Positions 62,300 through 64,000 of a stretch of 64,000 bases of DNA are shown here, in pieces. The stretch covers positions 20,545 to 84,544 of the forward strand of contig JAFLZH010000004.1 of the NCBI GenBank assembly GCA_029785615.1, written 5' to 3'. This DNA comes from Nitrososphaerota archaeon (GTDB lineage Archaea > Thermoproteota > Nitrososphaeria > Nitrososphaerales > Gagatemarchaeaceae). Position 1 is the first letter of the stretch. Each line of letters starts with the position of its first letter. The notes beneath the pieces are model-generated. The model was not told where the DNA came from. It did no database searches and saw nothing but the letters and a program-made list of their open reading frames with translations. A program made the translations under genes and the position numbers.

Positions 62300-63841
62300 T
62301 TGGGTTGCTCTAAAAGGCGCGCATTGGAGCAGGAAAGGAGTAGCCATCCACTCGCGGAGGGAGCGCGTGAGGCAAAGCGACCAGGAAAGCTCGTCACTGG
62401 GCATCAGATTCTTGACAAGATCCTGACGGTCTACCAGGGCAACTCGATACTGATGCTGGACGAGACCTACTCGGAGGCGAGGAACTTCATGCAGCTCATC
62501 ATAGAGAAATACAATCCGGGGCTGAAATTCGTCGAGATAACGGACAGGATTTCCCTGGCCAATAGGGAGAACCTAGAAGTCCTCACCGGAGACACTCTTG
62601 CAGACAAGGTCGTCAGGGTGAACGCAATCAGGAGGAAGCATGCGGGCGAGATACTAGTCCACTCGTATCTGCCGTCGCTCCTGATCAGCCAGCCCCAGGA
62701 CAACGTCCTGAAGTACGTCGACGGCTGGAAGAACGCTGCGAAGGAGTTCGAGACGGTCGAAATCTTCCTTATGCCCTCCAACTCCTTCAAGGAGACAGAA
62801 CGGAAGCTGATCGCGCTTCTGGACTGCCGCGTCGAGTTCAGCGTCACCAGGAAGGACAGCAGGATGGCGAAGTACTTTGTAATCTCCGGGTGCTGCAGGG
62901 CGGAGTTCAACATGAAGGAGTTCGAGTATCTCGTCGAGGGCGACAAGCTCCTCGTTGAGTGGGAAGGGAGCCTCACTGACAGGCCCGCCCAGATTTCAGA
63001 AGGCGCACTGGAAAAGAAGTATGGAGAGATCGTCGAAAAGCCAGCGACATTCATCATACAGAAGGGGGCCAACTCGGAGAGGGCTGCGCTCACCGTGTCC
63101 GACTACACCCTAATCCACCAGATTATCGGGATGTCTGCGGGAGAAGTCAGCGCGCTCTTCCCCGAAAGGCCAAAGGAGATCCTGCAGCGGCTCGCCAAGT
63201 GGGACCTTGCGGGCGTAGTGTCGTTCAAACGCGACTTCTCCAGGTCGGCGGGACCGATTCCAGAATCCAAGGATGCGGGCTATTCGGTGCTCAACGCGCT
63301 TAGGCTCCTTCTCCCTGACAGGCTGGTCGCCTGGAGCTACAAGATGGGGACGCAGGCAGTCCCGCTGGAGTACTTCGTGGCGAACAGGGAAGCGCTGAGC
63401 ACGGTGATTGACATGCTCACTGAAAACGCGGCGAACAAAGACAAGAACGACTACTTGAAGTCGATGCCCCAGATCGAGCGGTCGGTGTTGGAGATGGCCG
63501 CGAGGAGGGCGGCGCTGCTGGAGGTGCCGAGGCACCACGAATCCACCGCCGCTGCCGCGGCCAGGAAATACATTCCCAAGATAATGAGGGTGAGCCTACT
63601 GAGCGCATTCATATTGAGGTCGAAGATCGACAAGATCTCTGATACCGAGTACCACATCGTAGTTCACAACTGCTACATCTGCGGCAATCAGACCACCAAG
63701 GTACCCATGTGTTCCTCCGTTTCGGGGGGCCTGGAAGGGGTCTGCGGGACCGTGTTCAAGCTGAAGGCGGATTGCACCGAGGTCAGATGCAAGGCCCTGG
63801 GGGACAGGAACTGCGAGTTCAGACTTCGGCTCTACTCCTAG
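62300..63841 (+). CDS. Fusion of a P-loop-less KaiC-like domain, a middle region and a C-terminal V4R domain
   Basis: The N-terminus LVTGHQILDKILTVYQGNSILMLDETYSEARNFMQLII aligns with the neighbouring KaiC-like protein, but GGPGSGKST is replaced by DETYSEARN. The C-terminus CYICGN...PMCSSVSGGLEGVCG...EVRCKALGDRNCEFRL is V4R-like. The start is a TTG at 62300 or 62324. Confidence 0.6.
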   Translation: MGCSKRRALEQERSSHPLAEGAREAKRPGKLVTGHQILDKILTVYQGNSILMLDETYSEARNFMQLIIEKYNPGLKFVEITDRISLANRENLEVLTGDTLADKVVRVNAIRRKHAGEILVHSYLPSLLISQPQDNVLKYVDGWKNAAKEFETVEIFLMPSNSFKETERKLIALLDCRVEFSVTRKDSRMAKYFVISGCCRAEFNMKEFEYLVEGDKLLVEWEGSLTDRPAQISEGALEKKYGEIVEKPATFIIQKGANSERAALTVSDYTLIHQIIGMSAGEVSALFPERPKEILQRLAKWDLAGVVSFKRDFSRSAGPIPESKDAGYSVLNALRLLLPDRLVAWSYKMGTQAVPLEYFVANREALSTVIDMLTENAANKDKNDYLKSMPQIERSVLEMAARRAALLEVPRHHESTAAAAARKYIPKIMRVSLLSAFILRSKIDKISDTEYHIVVHNCYICGNQTTKVPMCSSVSGGLEGVCGTVFKLKADCTEVRCKALGDRNCEFRLRLYS

Positions 63842-63905
63842 TCGAATGGTCCGACGACGTCCCTCCCGAAACACGCATAAAGTGAACCTCTCATAAGGGG
63901 GGCCG

Positions 63906-64000
63906 TTGCACAGGTTCGCACACATCGCGGATGCGCATCTCGGGGCGCATCGGGAGCCAAACCTCCAGAAGCTCGAGTTGCGGACGTTCGACTCGACGAT
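63906..64000 (+). CDS. Mre11/SbcD-like metallophosphoesterase, N-terminal fragment at the window edge
   Basis: My translation from the TTG at 63906 is (M)HRFAHIADAHLGAHREPNLQKLELRTFDST. It carries the FAHIADxHLG phosphoesterase motif I. It is truncated by the window. Confidence 0.5.
   Translation, partial: MHRFAHIADAHLGAHREPNLQKLELRTFDST

Noticed and set aside
1-64000. Mobile elements, prophage, integrase or transposase genes, and rRNA operons.
   Set aside because: I found no recombinase, transposase or capsid-like motifs, terminal inverted repeats or rRNA-like sequence in any frame or strand.

Overview
This is a GC-rich archaeal chromosomal segment, densely coded on both strands. Archaeal hallmarks include NAC, TFE, archaeal DnaG, Pelota, TiaS, Trm56, Tsr3, an archaeosortase, intron-bearing tRNAs, 7S/SRP RNA and RNase P RNA. 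All calls come from reading motifs in the supplied translations and the DNA by eye; no searches were run.

Most of the window is housekeeping:
- A 2-oxoacid dehydrogenase operon with a fused E1 alpha-beta and flanking lipA and lipB.
- pheST and trpS, enolase, mntR and mntH, and a class II RNR.
- Four tRNAs and two large ncRNAs that the ORF track cannot show.

Four regions stand out:
1. 6.6-17.2 kb. A short, hinge-less, cysteine-free SMC ATPase has heads that look Smc5/Smc6-like. It is co-operonic with a kleisin-like protein and an Nse3/MAGE-like KITE protein. Two paralogous Lhr-type helicases bracket this operon, and an orphan ORF plus an MPE-type phosphoesterase follow it. This is my best candidate for an undescribed DNA-maintenance or defence system.
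2. 38.7-43.3 kb. A wHTH + ATP-cone + NrdD-like protein appears to have lost both the radical cysteine and the glycyl-radical motif. It sits directly upstream of the B12-dependent RNR and may be an NrdR-like regulator.
3. 53-64 kb. A 2474-aa repeat-rich surface protein starts 3 nt after a V4R protein. Next to it are a divergent KaiC-like ATPase, a small wHTH protein and a P-loop-less KaiC-like/V4R fusion. A 12-nt motif is shared by both divergent intergenic regions.
4. 47.0-47.8 kb. An unusually long non-coding stretch carries an 8-Cys micro-ORF and a hairpin-rich candidate ncRNA.

I saw no CRISPR array, transposase or integrase.
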